DNA from: Squalus acanthias
Lineage: Eukaryota
DNA length: 64,000 nt
Assembly (NCBI GenBank): GCA_030390025.1
Contig: CM059425.1
Location: 165,914,001-165,978,000, forward strand
Direction: 5' to 3'
A model generated the notes under the pieces. That model worked only from the letters and a program-made list of their open reading frames with translations. It did not search any database and was not told where the DNA came from. Position 1 is the first letter of the stretch, and every line of letters starts with the position of its first letter. The position numbers and the translations under genes were made by a program. Shown here in pieces: positions 52,738-64,000 of this stretch.

Positions 52738-52758
52738 TGTGTCCGTCCATTTCACCAG

Positions 52759-53725
52759 TCATAGAATCATAGTACAGCACAGGAGGCCATCTAAAGCATT
52801 CATGATTTTAAACACCTATCAAATCTCCTCTTAACCTTCTCTACTCTAAGGAGAACAAACCCAGCTTCTCCAATCTATCCACATAACTAATCCCTCATCC
52901 CTGGAACCATTCTAGTAAATCTCTTCTGTACCCTCTCCAAAGCCTTCCTGTCCTTCCTAAGGTGTGGCGCCCAGAATTGAACACAATACTCCAGCTGGGG
53001 CCAAACTCATGTGTATAGGTTTAACATAACTGTGGCTTTTGTACTCTCTGCCTCTATTTATAAAGCCCAGGATCCCATATGCTTTATAAACTGCTTTGTT
53101 AACCTGTCCTGCTACCTTCAAAGATTTGTGCACAAGCACCCCCAGATCTCTCCTTGCACCCACTTTAAAATTGTACCATTTAGTGTGTATGGCCTCTCCT
53201 CATTCTTCCTACCAAAATGGATCATCTCACACTTCCTTGCATTGAATTTCATCTGCCATGTGTCCTGCCCATTCCACCAGCCTGTCTAGATCTTCTTGAA
53301 GTCTATTACTATCTTCCTCACTGTTTACTACACTTCCAAGTTCAGTGTCTTCTGCAAATTACAAAATTGTATCCTGTACCCACAAGTTCAAGTCATTAAT
53401 GTATATCAAAAACAGCAGTGGTCCTAGTACTGAACCTTGGAGCACTCCACTATAGACCTCCCTCCAGTCCAAAAAAAGCCATTCACTACAACTCTGTTTT
53501 CTATCCCTTAACCAATTTTGTATCTATGCTGTTACTGCCCCTTTTATCCCATGGGCTTCAATTTTGCGAACAAGCCGAATATGTGGTACTTATCAAACGC
53601 CTTGTGAAAGTCCATATACACATCGACTGCACTGCCCTCATCCACCCTCTCTGTTACCTCATCAAAAAACTCAAGTTAGTCAAACACAATTTGCCCTCAA
53701 CAAATCTGTGCTGGCTCTCCTTTAA
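52759..53725 (-). mobile_element. Older decayed CR1 fragment
   Basis: RDLGVLVHKSLKVAGQVNKAV..GILGFINRG and tail at 52759. Confidence 0.75.
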
Positions 53726-53759
53726 TCAGTCTGTCCTCCTGATGTCTGCTACTATCCTC

Positions 53760-56382
53760 CTTGGCTCCAAAAATCAAGTAGTAGAATCAGTTTGGGTGGA
53801 GCTAAGAAACAGCAAGGGGCAGAAAACATTGGTGGGAGTTGTTTATAGGCCCCCAAACAGTAGTTGTAATGTAAGGCAGAGTATAAATCAGGAAATTAGA
53901 GACACATGTAACAAGGGTAATACAGTAATCATGGGAGACTTTAATCTATATATATATATATATATAGCCTTGGTAAAATTTGCAGTGATAGTGTGGAGGA
54001 CGAATTCATAGAATGTATGCAAGATATTCTAGATCAGTATGAGCCAACGAGGGACCAGGCTATTTTAGATCTAGTATTGTGCAACTAGAAAGAATTAATT
54101 AATAACCTTGGGAAGAGTGACCATAATATGAAAGAATTTTATATTGAGTTTGAAAGTGATTGTCAAATCTGAAACTAGGGTCTTAAATCTAAAAGCAAAC
54201 TACGTAGGTATCAGGGGTGAGTTGGCTAAGGTAGATTGGGAAACTACATTAAAAGGTATGATGGTAGACAAGCAATGGCTAGCATTTAAAGAATTAATAC
54301 ACAATTTACAACAAATACACATTCCTTTAAGGCACAAAAACCCCACAGGAAAAGTGGTCCAACCATGGCTAACAAGAGAAGTTAAAGATAGTATTAGGTC
54401 AAAGGAAGAGGTTTATAATGTTGCCAAAAATAGTAAGCCTGAGGATTGGGAGAATTTTAGAATTCAGCAAAGGAGGACCAATAAATTGATAAAGGGAAAA
54501 TAGAATGAGAGTAAACTAGCGAGAGACATAAAAACAGACTGTGAAAGCTTCTTTAGGTATGTAAAAAGGAAAAGATTAGCGAAGGTAAATGTAGGTCCCT
54601 TACAGGCTGATACAGGAGAAATTATAATGGGGAATAAGGAAATGGCAGAGAAATTAAACAAATACTTTATGTGTCTTCACAGAAAAAGACACAAAAAAAT
54701 TCCTGGAAATAGTGGAGAACCGAGCGCCTAGCGAGAATGAGGAACTGAAAAAAATTAGTATTAGTAAAAAAAATATAGTACTGGAGAAATTAATGGGACT
54801 GAAAGCCGATAAATCCCCTGGACCTGATGGCCTACATCTTAGGGTTTTGAAAGAGGTGGCTATAGAGATAGTGGATGCATTCCTTGGTTGTCATTTTCCA
54901 AAATTCCATAGATTCTAGAATGGTTCCTGCGGATTGGAAGGTAGCAAATGTAACCCCACTATTTAAGAAAGGAGGGAGAGAGAAAATGGGGAACTACAGA
55001 CCAGTTATCCTGACATCAGCAGTTGGGAAAATGCTAGAATCTATTAAGGACGTGGTAACAGGACACTGAGAAAGTAATAATAGGATTGGGAAGAGCCAAC
55101 ACGGATTTATGAAAGGGAAATCGTGTTTGACAAATCTATTAGTTTTTTGAGGTTGTAACTAGCAGAATAGATAAGGGGGAACCAGTGGATGTGGTGTATT
55201 TGGATTTTCAGAAGGCATTCGATAAGGTGCCACACAAGAGGTTATTCAACAAAATTAGGGCTCATGGGATTGGGGGTATTATACTAGCATGGGTTGAGGA
55301 TTGGTTAACGGACAGAAAACAAAGAGTAGGAATAAACAGGTCATTTTCGAGTTGGCAGGCTATAACTAGTGGGGTACCGCAAGGATCAGTGCTTGGGCCT
55401 CAGCTATTCAATCGATATCAATGATTTGGAGGAGGGGGACCAAATATCATATCCAAGTTCGCTGATGATACAAAGTTGGGTGGGAATGTAAGTTGCGAGG
55501 AGGATGCAAAGAGGCTTCAAGGGGATATAGACAAGCTAAGTGAGTGGGCAAGAACATGGCAAATGGTATATAATGTGGAGAAATGTGAATTATCCACTTT
55601 GGTAGGAAAAATAGAAAAGCAGAGTATTTTTTTTAAATGGTGAGAGATTGGGAAATGTTGGTGTTCAGAGGGACCTGGGTGTCCTTGTACATGAATCACT
55701 GAAAGTTAACATGCAGGTACAGCAAGCAATTAGGAAAGCAAATGGTATGTTGGCCTTTATTACAAGAGGATTTGAGTACAAGAGTAAAGACGTCTTACTG
55801 CAATTATATAGGGCCCTGGTGAGACCACACCTGGATTATTGTGTACAGTTTTGGTCTCCTTACCTAAGGAAGGATATACTTGCCACAGAGGGAGCGCAAA
55901 GAAAGTTCACCAGACTGGTTCCTGGGATAGTCCTATGAGGAGAGATTGAGTAGACTAGGCCTATATTCTCTGGAGTTTAGAAGGATGAGAGGTGATCTCA
56001 TTGAAACATACAAAATTCTTACAGGGCTTGACAGGGTAGATGCAGGGAGGATGTTTCCCCTGGCTGGGGCGTCTAGGACCAGAGGTTACAGTGTCAGAAT
56101 AAGGGGTCGACCATTTAGGACTGAGATGAGGAGAAATTTCTTCACTCAGAGGGTGGTGAATCTTTGGAATTCTCTACCTCAGCAGGCTGTGGTGGTTCCG
56201 TCGTTGAGTATATTCAAGACAGAGATCGATAGATTTTTGGATATTAATGGAATGAAGGGATATGGGGACAGTGCAGGAAAGTGGTGTTAAGGGTGAAGAT
56301 CAGCCATGATCTTACTGAATGTCAGAGCAAGCTCGAAGGGCCAAATAGCCTACTCCTGCTCCTATTTCTTATGTTCTTATGT
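53760..56382 (+). mobile_element. CR1 ORF2 (APE-RT) with 3' tail, frameshifted
   Basis: [35 protein letters not shown] and LVRPHLDYCVQFWSP motifs. Tail TTCTTATGTTCTTATG. Confidence 0.92.
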
Positions 56383-56599
56383 AATAGAATATCATTTATC
56401 CAGCCCTTTAACTCACATTAATGCATCTATTTTATGGAACTACAAAAATACTTTGTTGTCCAAGTAAAATAATTGCGTTGATCATTTTTCCTTGAAGACA
56501 CATTCTTAGGGGGTGGGAAACATGAGATTGAATGGCACAGATCACAGATTTTTCAGATCGCAATATATTTGCATATATAAACTATATATACACACATCT

Positions 56600-58069
56600 C
56601 TATAACAGTTCATTCTGTGTAATTATTTATTCACAGTTGTGTTGTCTACTGCATTATCACTTGGCACAACTGCCAATGCCTACCAATTTAAACCACACAT
56701 TTGCATGGGAGAGTTACAAAATTACTTTATTAAAAAGTCTGTGATACGTTCTGGCAAAACAAAGGGGATGGGAAGAGAGACTGGTCATGAATGTGTTGGT
56801 CTGTACAAATCTGACATTTTTCTTGCATGGTGAAAAAAGATGTCAGAAATCCACACATCATTTCTCTGTAAATTTAATTTGTAATATATAGTATATATTT
56901 ACATTGGTGTGCATTATAACAGCATCTAGTTTCCCCAGTTTACCAATACATTGGAAATTCATCTGACTGCATAGCACATCATTTCATATTATTGCCCATT
57001 TTAATAGGGAAAACAAGAATAGGGAAGATGTTATATCAAATTCAGCTCATTTTATTGTTCTTGTTGCAGATGGGGAGGGAGAAGTTGCTGTCTGTTTATA
57101 AAATGTATCTCAAACTATACTCTGACATCATCTGGATTTGTAAGGAATTTCTTCTCACTATTTAGTTACTACAGCAATCACAACACTGACTTTTTAAAGT
57201 AAATAAACACATTTCTAATACAAGTTATCAATAAAAAAAGCACTACAGGACTAAATATAATGGAATTGATCTTCCCTTTCCCCTTTTACATTCTAAACAG
57301 CAATTTCATCAATGACAATTCATTAAAAACTGTAGTTCACGGATTTTATACTCATGATGTGAAGGCCTGAGTTGGTGGGGGAAAGGAAAGTAGTCAAAAA
57401 AGCCTGAGAAGAAAAAAAGCTCAGATTCGATCCACTAAATTTACAATAATTTACAGTAGTACATCTTCAAAGGCATTACAATTGAACAAAAAAATATTTT
57501 ACAGTTGTAAGTACAGTATTTAAATATTCAAGCTTGCCGAGAACTGGGCAATGTGGTCGCAGTGTAAAATGTAAACAGACTCAATACAAATAACTTTGGA
57601 AGGTGAACCAGAGTCCTCTGCCTTTTGAACAGTCTACTTTTTTACTCCGTTCCCAAGTTCCTGCATAATGTTGTGTTAAAATGTGTTTATAGGGATTTAA
57701 ATTTGTTGTTCTTCAACACATAATTCAGGTTGATTAGGCTGAAGCCCTCCAGATCCGAGAAGAATGAATACTATGATCCAGTGTGTTTGGGGCAGTGTTC
57801 CAATATATGCAGTAGTAAACATGTCCATCTCTGAATTAAAAAAAACAGGAACAAAACATGCCACAGAGTTTGTAGCACAGTGCAGCATTAACCTCAATAC
57901 AAAAATATTTTCTTCTTGAGATAACAACCTTGCAACCTGTAAGGAGGAGTAACAATACTACTGCTCGAGAAGCAGCTCCTGTCTGCATGTTTTAAGTCAC
58001 ATAAGGCATTTACTGTGTTCACTTTTTTTTATGGCTGCATTGGGTGAAGACACGGCATCACATGCCCTG
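56600..58069 (-). other. CHD1: CHD1 3'UTR (end uncertain)
   Basis: Repeat-free AT-rich sequence after the stop codon. Minus-strand AATAAA at 56726-56731 and 56626-56631. Confidence 0.6.
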
Positions 58070-58454
58070 TTATGTTTTACGGCTGTTCCAGATGTGCTCT
58101 GGGGTACTTTTGTGATCAGAGGAGTATTCAAGGGGAGATCTGTGTTCCAATGGTGATCTGGAGTCATAAGGGGACCTCTGATCCAAGGGAGACCTTGGTC
58201 CACTACCAGATGGCCTATGGTCCACTGGCCAGTCTGAGTGGTATCTGTAATCCCTGGAAGATTTGTGATGGCCTGAGTATTCTGAACTGGATCGGTGATC
58301 TGAATGGGATCGATGCTCTGAGCTGGATCGGTGATCTGAGTGAGATCTGTGGTCTGCGTGTGATCTACTCTCCTTTGAGCTGGCCTCTGGACCGGACCTG
58401 TGATCGCGACTTCTGTGATCATCAAGTTTTCTGTGCTTGCTTTCACTGTAGTAC
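58070..58454 (-). CDS. CHD1: Chromodomain-helicase-DNA-binding protein 1, last coding exon
   Basis: [56 protein letters not shown] matches the vertebrate CHD1 C-terminus. Acceptor TTTTACAG|G. Confidence 0.95.
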
Positions 58455-58529
58455 CTGTAAAATCGGAAGAGATCAAGTTTACTTTCTGGGTTCATGTAAA
58501 TATACTTATGACATATTGCCAGACCAACC

Positions 58530-58685
58530 AAGATTCATTGTAGTTTGTGGGACCTTACTATGCGCAAACTGGCTGCTGTGTTGCGCTGCATTACAACAGT
58601 GACTACACTTTAAAATGTAATTCAATGACTGAAGTACTTTGGGACGCCCCGAGATCATGAAAGACACTCATATAAATGCAATCAT
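58530..58685 (+). mobile_element. DeuSINE 3' fragment
   Basis: Similar to 61130-61280. Confidence 0.6.
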
Positions 58686-58699
58686 ACAGCCTAAATTCA

Positions 58700-59085
58700 C
58701 TAGGATGAGAAAATATAGTCATGAGGACGGACTTGAGATTCTGGGACTATTTTTGCTGAAGCAGAAGGTTAAAAGGAGATTTAATAGAGGTTTTTACAAT
58801 TATGAAGGATTTTGACAAGATGAATAAGGAAACACTATTTCCTCTGGTTGGGGTGCCAATGAAGGGGGTCATCAATTAAAAATGATCAGTCAGAGAATTA
58901 GGTTAGGAGAAATGTTAATAGAGTCATTACAGCATGGCCTGCTTTGCCACATGAAATAGTTGAGGCCGAGACCATTGCATCTCCTAAGGAAAAAGTGCTA
59001 TTAACATTTGAAAGAGGATACAGAGCTATAAAATTACATGACACGGACATGGGCTGAATGGCCTCCTTCTGTGCTTCTATGTAGT
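58700..59085 (+). mobile_element. Ancient CR1 3' fragment in a CHD1 intron
   Basis: Degenerate GDLIEVF..MKDFD-like coding remnant and tail GGGCTGAATGGCCTCCTTCTGTG..TTCTATG. Confidence 0.6.
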
Positions 59086-59338
59086 TGTCAAGTCTTTAAC
59101 CTGCTTGAATACTAAATTGCTCCACTTTCAATAAGCGAGTGCACACAAATCCACGTAACAACTTCTAAACTGTTCCATGCACTTCCACTGCTGAATATTG
59201 TAAAGCAGAACAATTTTATAGCAAGTCTTTTCCACATAAAAATTAAATAAAAACTGGTAAGATTCCCAAATCCTCAAAAGCTAAAGTATTTTATAATTGA
59301 AGTGGTACCTTTCAAAGTATGTAGCTGGCTCAACCTAC

Positions 59339-59555
59339 CTGCTATCTGATCGGTAATGATCTCTGTCCCGGTGGTCTTTGCCATTGCTAAATGAGGAATA
59401 TGGTCTCTTTCTCGAGGAATCGCTTTTTCGATAGGAATCTCCATGGTGCCGATCTCTGTGATGGTCGTGATAATGCGATGAGTGGTGTCGTTCAGATGAA
59501 TGGCTATCCCTACTGCTATCGTCATTGTGAGAATTCTCCTTCGGTTTTTCAGATT
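59339..59555 (-). CDS. CHD1: CHD1 penultimate coding exon
   Basis: [52 protein letters not shown] boundaries, phases 1 and 2 consistent with neighbours. Confidence 0.92.
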
Positions 59556-59751
59556 CTGTTCAATAAAAAATAGAATCATGATTTTGTCGTCAGATACAAG
59601 TTTCACAATTTCTTTCACAACAATTAATGGTTCTCTGTATCCATGAAGCATCTGAAGATCACCCCTGACCTTTCATTGGAAGCTGTGGTTTACCGTAGAG
59701 AGAATTTAATACTTTTCACAATTGGCATGAAAAAGTAATCTGCAACCTTAC

Positions 59752-59803
59752 CTGAGTGTTTGGCATTGTGGGTGTTGAGGCTACTGCTGTGCTGATCATT
59801 ATG
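59752..59803 (-). CDS. CHD1: CHD1 52-nt coding exon
   Basis: TCTCCGCAG|HNDQHSSSLNTHNAKHS-G|GTAAG. Phases 0 and 1 link the flanking exons in frame. Confidence 0.82.
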
Positions 59804-59851
59804 CTGCGGAGACAAAACACAGATGATGAAGTCAAAGAATGAATCCAGACA

Positions 59852-60098
59852 TAAAAACAGAAAATGCTGGAAATACTCAGCAGGTCAGGCAGCATCTGTG
59901 GAGAGAGAGAAACAGAGTTAACATTTCAGGTCGATGACCTTTCGTCAGAACTCACGAAAGGTTCTGACGAAGGGTCATCGACCTGAAACGTTAACTCTGT
60001 TTCTCTCTCCACAGATGCTGCCTGACCTGCTGAGTATTTCCAGCATTTTCTGTTTTTATTTCAGATTTCCAGCATCCACAGTATTTTGCTTTTGTATT
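59852..60098. mobile_element. Palindromic Penelope pLTR insertion with a hammerhead motif in each arm
   Basis: Arms ~59852-59951 and 59961-60059 with a 9-nt loop. 14-bp TSD AATGAATCCAGACA (59838-59851, 60099-60112). Confidence 0.88.
59961..59995 (+). ncRNA. Minimal hammerhead ribozyme motif
   Basis: GTT-CTGACGA-A-GGGTC-ATC-GACCT-GAAA-CGTT-AAC. Confidence 0.65.
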
Positions 60099-60244
60099 AA
60101 TGAATCCAGACAAGTTGACAGTAGAGAGGCTCTCATAACACTTCAATCCTAAAGATATCTGAAGTATTAACAAGTTATGCTATTATATCGGAATTGCTTA
60201 TCTTTCAAGAGCTGCTTGTTAATGTTCAGGAAGCTATGTATGCG

Positions 60245-60692
60245 GTGTCAGCTTGGCTCAGTTGGTAGCACTATTCCTTCAAAGTCATGGGTTTAAGTCC
60301 TACTCCAGGACTGAGACACATGAGCCAGCTTGACACTTCGGTGCAGAACTGAGGGAGTGCTGCATTATTGGCAGCGCCGTATTTCGCTTGAGACTTTTAA
60401 CTGAGGACTACTCTGCCTGTCCTGGAGTTCAGGTGAATATTAAAGATTGCATGGCACTATCCAAAGAGCAGGGAGTTTTCCGTGTGTCCTGGCCAACACA
60501 TCTCCCTCAACCAATGTCATCAAAGCAGAATAACCGGTTAATTACTTTGTTCCTGTTCGTGGTATCTTGTTGCGTACAAATTGGGTTCTACATACACACT
60601 GCATTTCAAAATAATTAACTGTACGAGGAACACTTTGTGGCATTTTGGAGAGATGTGATAAGGTGCTGCATAGGTGCAAATCTTTCCTTTTT
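60245..60692 (+). mobile_element. tRNA-headed DeuSINE (SacSINE1-like)
   Basis: A box TGGCTCAGTTGG, B-box-like GGTTTAAGTCC, Deu-type core and L2-like tail. Confidence 0.75.
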
Positions 60693-60834
60693 CTATGTTG
60701 ATATACCTGTAGACCTCTTTTGTCTCGTGTCCAATTCACACTCGTATCAAGAGTTTTGATCACTTTTGTTAAGCCTCCCTTTCCTAAAGTAACTTGATCC
60801 ATAACAGTGGCCAAATCAGGAAATTAAAATAAAC

Positions 60835-61288
60835 TGTCAGCCTTTGCTCAGTGGTAACACTCTCATCTGAGTCAGAAGGTAATGGGTTCAAGTCCCATTC
60901 TAGAAACTTGAGCACATAATCCAGGCTGACATCATTGCAGTACTGAGGGATTTTTCAGTCAGAGGTGCCATCTTTATGATGAGACGTTAAATCAAGGTTC
61001 TGTCCCCCTCTCAGCTGGATGTAAAAGATCCCATGGTACTATTCAAAGAAGAGCAGCAGAGTTTTCCCAGTGTCCTGGCCAACATTTCTCCCTCAACCAA
61101 CATCACTAAAACAGATTATCTGGTAATTTATTATATTGTTGTTTGTGAGACCTTGCTCTGTACAAATAGTCTGCCATACTTCCTACATTACAACAGCAAC
61201 TACACTTCACAGTACTAATTGGCTGTGAAGTACTTTGGGATGTCCTGAGGTTGTGAAAGGCACTATATAAAATGCAAGTTCTTTCTGT
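60835..61288 (+). mobile_element. tRNA-headed DeuSINE (SacSINE1-like)
   Basis: B box GGTTCAAGTCC, core GATGAGACGTTAAA..GTAAAAGATCCCATGG and tail AAAGGCACTATATAAAATGCAAGTT. Confidence 0.8.
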
Positions 61289-62115
61289 TTTTCTTCTTAA
61301 AGGCTAAGAAATATCTTAGAATTTAAGGAAACAAAAAATTGCGTGGACTAGGAATCATACTTTTATTACTCATTTTGGCTTTTGTAAGAGAAACAGAAAG
61401 GATAGTTTGTAGAATGTGATCCTGAAAATACTTTAAAAAAATCTCAGGATCCCAATTTGCCTTATTCAGTCACTAAACCAGTGGCCTAAGAAAAGATGAA
61501 AATGTTGGAAATTTGAACTATAAACAGAAAATGTTAGAAATATATAGCAAGTCCCTCAGTACCTGAAAAAAGGTCAGAATAGAGAAACCCTTTGCTTAGT
61601 AATGTTGCCGATTTTATGTACTGACAGATGCAGATGATTACCATGGCCACTGGAACCATGAAAATGCTGTCTGGAATGTAGATCATATTAGGTGGATATC
61701 CTGATGTTTTGCAAAGCAATTTCACAAAGTTAGTGGTTACTTGGCTCTGCTAAGAGATTAAGTAATATTCCATAGAATAGACGAATTGTAATAGGTCCAT
61801 GAAATAGGCTTAATTTGTCCAATTCTTTTCTCTCTCATTCGATACTTTCTTATATTCTTAACACAATCATTTTCTAAATCAATGCGACTCTAAACACTTG
61901 CTTGCTCATTTAAGTCATTTTAAATTAGGACCGTTAATAACACTTGACCCTTACTTCAATTTACTGGTTACATGCTTGCTTATTGAGCTCTGTGGGCCAC
62001 CAATGAGTTTACCCTTCTTTCAGCAGCCTTTTCTGGTTTAATGCAATTTTACATGACAAAGATTGACCAGGCCACACACGATGTCCCCAGGTCAATATTC
62101 AGTCTTTTATCTTTA

Positions 62116-62228
62116 ATCGGGCAGGAAAGTGGTGTTGAGGTTGAAGATCAGCCATGATCTTATTGAATGGCGGAGCAGGCTCGAGGGGCCGTATGGTCTA
62201 CTCCTGCTCCTAATTCTGATGTTCTTAT
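62116..62228 (+). mobile_element. CR1 3' tail fragment
   Basis: GATCAGCCATGATCTTATTGAATGGCGGAGCAGGCTCGAGG..CTACTCCTGCTCCT, as in other CR1 tails in this window. Confidence 0.8.
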
Positions 62229-62569
62229 AAAACCATCCTTTGAAGTCTGTTTTCACCAATGAAAGCTCAACTTTAGAAGTTGCTCTCACCATCAAAATGA
62301 ACAATAAGAGACAGCAGGAAGGGTTTTAAAGTTACTGTGTTTTTAAAACGAGAGAGAAAAGATTAGCTGAAAAAAGTTAAAACAAAAAAGGACACAGGAG
62401 AGAGAATGGAGGAAGGGACTGATGGGAGAAGCAGATGTAAAGTGCGTAAGATGTTTTTATTTAAAGGAAAGCTTAATAAACCAGTCTAGCACAATGAGAT
62501 CAGTTTCCTGAACCTGCCAGGAGTCTAATATTCTGCTAAATAATTTTTCCACATGCATCAATGTTCTCA

Positions 62570-62701
<132 letters not shown>

Positions 62702-62799
62702 TTAACAAAAGACAACATGAACAAAGTCCATTGCTATCTTTACTGACTCAGTTGGGGACTAATGAAGTCTTGAAAGCACAAACTTATAACCTCCACTGA

Positions 62800-63215
62800 T
62801 TTGGGGGATTGGAGTACTGGCCCTTCACCTCTGGGAGCTGGGTTCAAATCCAGCCCATATTGATGGATGAACATTCTCTTTGTTTACTGTGAGGATTCTA
62901 TGCGAAATAAGCTTGGCAGTCTTTACAGTTACTAGAGGGCTTAGAGCGCAAAACTGCCCCATATTCAATGCTAATTGACATCACTCAGACAGGCTAAGTA
63001 TGGCTGATGGAGGAAATGGGAAAAAAATGCCACATTGGTGCAAGTAGAGGCACTCCTCTGATGTTGGGGCTATTGTACATTGTTGGAGCAGAGTGAAGGG
63101 TGCTTTGCTCTGCTCTGGCTGTGCTTTGCTCGACCTGGGAGGGGCTGATGTGGACAATGGGTATCTGAAATGGAAAACATTTCCGATCCGCAGAATTTAC
63201 ATCCCTCACCCGATG
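62800..63215 (+). mobile_element. Ancient tRNA-headed SINE, LF-SINE-like
   Basis: CCCTTCACCTCTGGGAGCTGGGTTCAAATCCAGCCCA..CTATGCGAAATAAG..CAGTTACTAG resembles the LF-SINE 5' half as recalled; not aligned. Confidence 0.45.
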
Positions 63216-63703
63216 AGCACAAAAAGAGCCATTTAAAAAAAAACTGCAGTCTCGACGGTTACTACAAGGGGGAGGGGGGGAAATGACATGTGAATAGAAA
63301 CTGTCAATGTACATACACCCTTTGACATCCTGCTTACTGCATATGGCACTACTATCGGTATATAACTTACATAACTGACAAGTAATACATTGCTTATTAA
63401 AATAAACACAAAGGTTCCCTTGGAGAATAGTATGAAGCAGTGGACGGATTCGCAGGCTGATTAACAGTCTGCGATGTGAACACTCCTTCCATGGTTGTAA
63501 CCATCTTCATAGTCGCCAACAAGGTTATTAGTCCTATGTGACGAGAGGGTTTTATGGGCTCCCGCAACCCATACGGTGAGGGGGGTGCCACACACACCCA
63601 ATGGACGCAACTATCTCGCTGGATAGCAACCCAGAATTGAGACAGAACTCTGCTCTCCAGGACGGTCTGAAGTGGGCTTCAAACCCTGCACCTTCTGACT
63701 TAG

Positions 63704-64000
63704 TGTCAGCCGTGGCTTAGTTGGTAGCACTCTCGCCGGAGTCAGAAGGTTGTGTGCTCAAGTCCCACTCCAGAGACTTGAGCACAAAAATCTAGGCTGA
63801 CACTCCAGGGCAGTGCTGAGGGAGTGCTGCATTGTCAGAGGTGCCGTCTTTCGGATGAGATGTTAAACAGAGGCCCTGTCTGCTCTCTCAGGTGGACGTA
63901 AAAGATCCCATGGCACTGTTTCGAAGAGGAGCAGGGGAGTTTATCCCTGGCGTCCTGACCAATATTTATCACTCAATCAACATCACTAAAAACAGATTAT
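63704..64000 (+). mobile_element. tRNA-headed DeuSINE (SacSINE1-like), cut by the window edge
   Basis: A box TGGCTTAGTTGG and core GAGGTGCCGTCTTTCGGATGAGATGTTAAAC..CTCTCAGGTGGACGTAAAAGATCCCATGGCACT. Confidence 0.82.

Larger units (their letters stand above)
49155..52758 (-). mobile_element. CR1 split into pieces 49155-49260, 50948-51449, 51672-51840 and ~52738-52758
   Basis: Tail at 49155 and ERLAKLGLFSLEQRRLREDLIEVFK. Sequence is colinear across the insertions. Confidence 0.75.

Noticed and set aside
19455..56382. Any CR1 copy as an active autonomous element, and their antisense ORFs as genes
   Set aside because: Every ORF2 is broken by stops or frameshifts. The antisense ORFs recur in each copy and are a property of the repeat.
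57997..58602. Alternative-frame 159-aa ORF and antisense 176-aa ORF over the CHD1 last exon
   Set aside because: Low-complexity repeat coding leaves other frames open. No recognisable domain.
60245..60310. tRNA genes at SINE heads (also 60835 and 63704)
   Set aside because: The A/B boxes continue into SINE bodies and no complete cloverleaf is evident.
63400..63703. Possible minus-strand SINE head-to-head with the DeuSINE at 63704
   Set aside because: Only a B-box-like segment near 63670-63700 is recognisable and the body could not be assigned.

Overview
Vertebrate genomic DNA, most likely a cartilaginous fish (inferred from SacSINE1-like DeuSINEs and the CR1/Penelope repertoire). Two host genes face each other. 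RGMB lies on + with three coding exons (4693-4792, 5922-6460, 8530-9195; 434 aa). The last four coding exons and 3'UTR of CHD1 lie on - (62672 down to 58070). The ~45 kb between them is mostly nested transposable elements: decayed CR1 LINEs, an L2, an RTE, a second CR1/L2-group LINE, Penelope-like elements, PIF/Harbinger elements, a Tc1/mariner-type MITE and SINEs. Four observations stand out. (1) Short TSD-flanked palindromic Penelope-derived insertions from two unrelated families carry a minimal hammerhead ribozyme motif on each strand; one sits 48 nt from a CHD1 splice acceptor. (2) An intact Harbinger gene pair (spliced Myb/SANT gene plus DDE transposase) lies inside a CR1 with no visible TIRs or TSD, near non-autonomous Harbingers that keep their TIRs. 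(3) A candidate RGMB upstream exon reads M-Q-stop in frame. (4) SINE/LINE pairs with shared 3' tails are visible within the window. Family names come from recalled motifs, not database searches. Repeat boundaries are approximate unless a TSD or TIR is cited.
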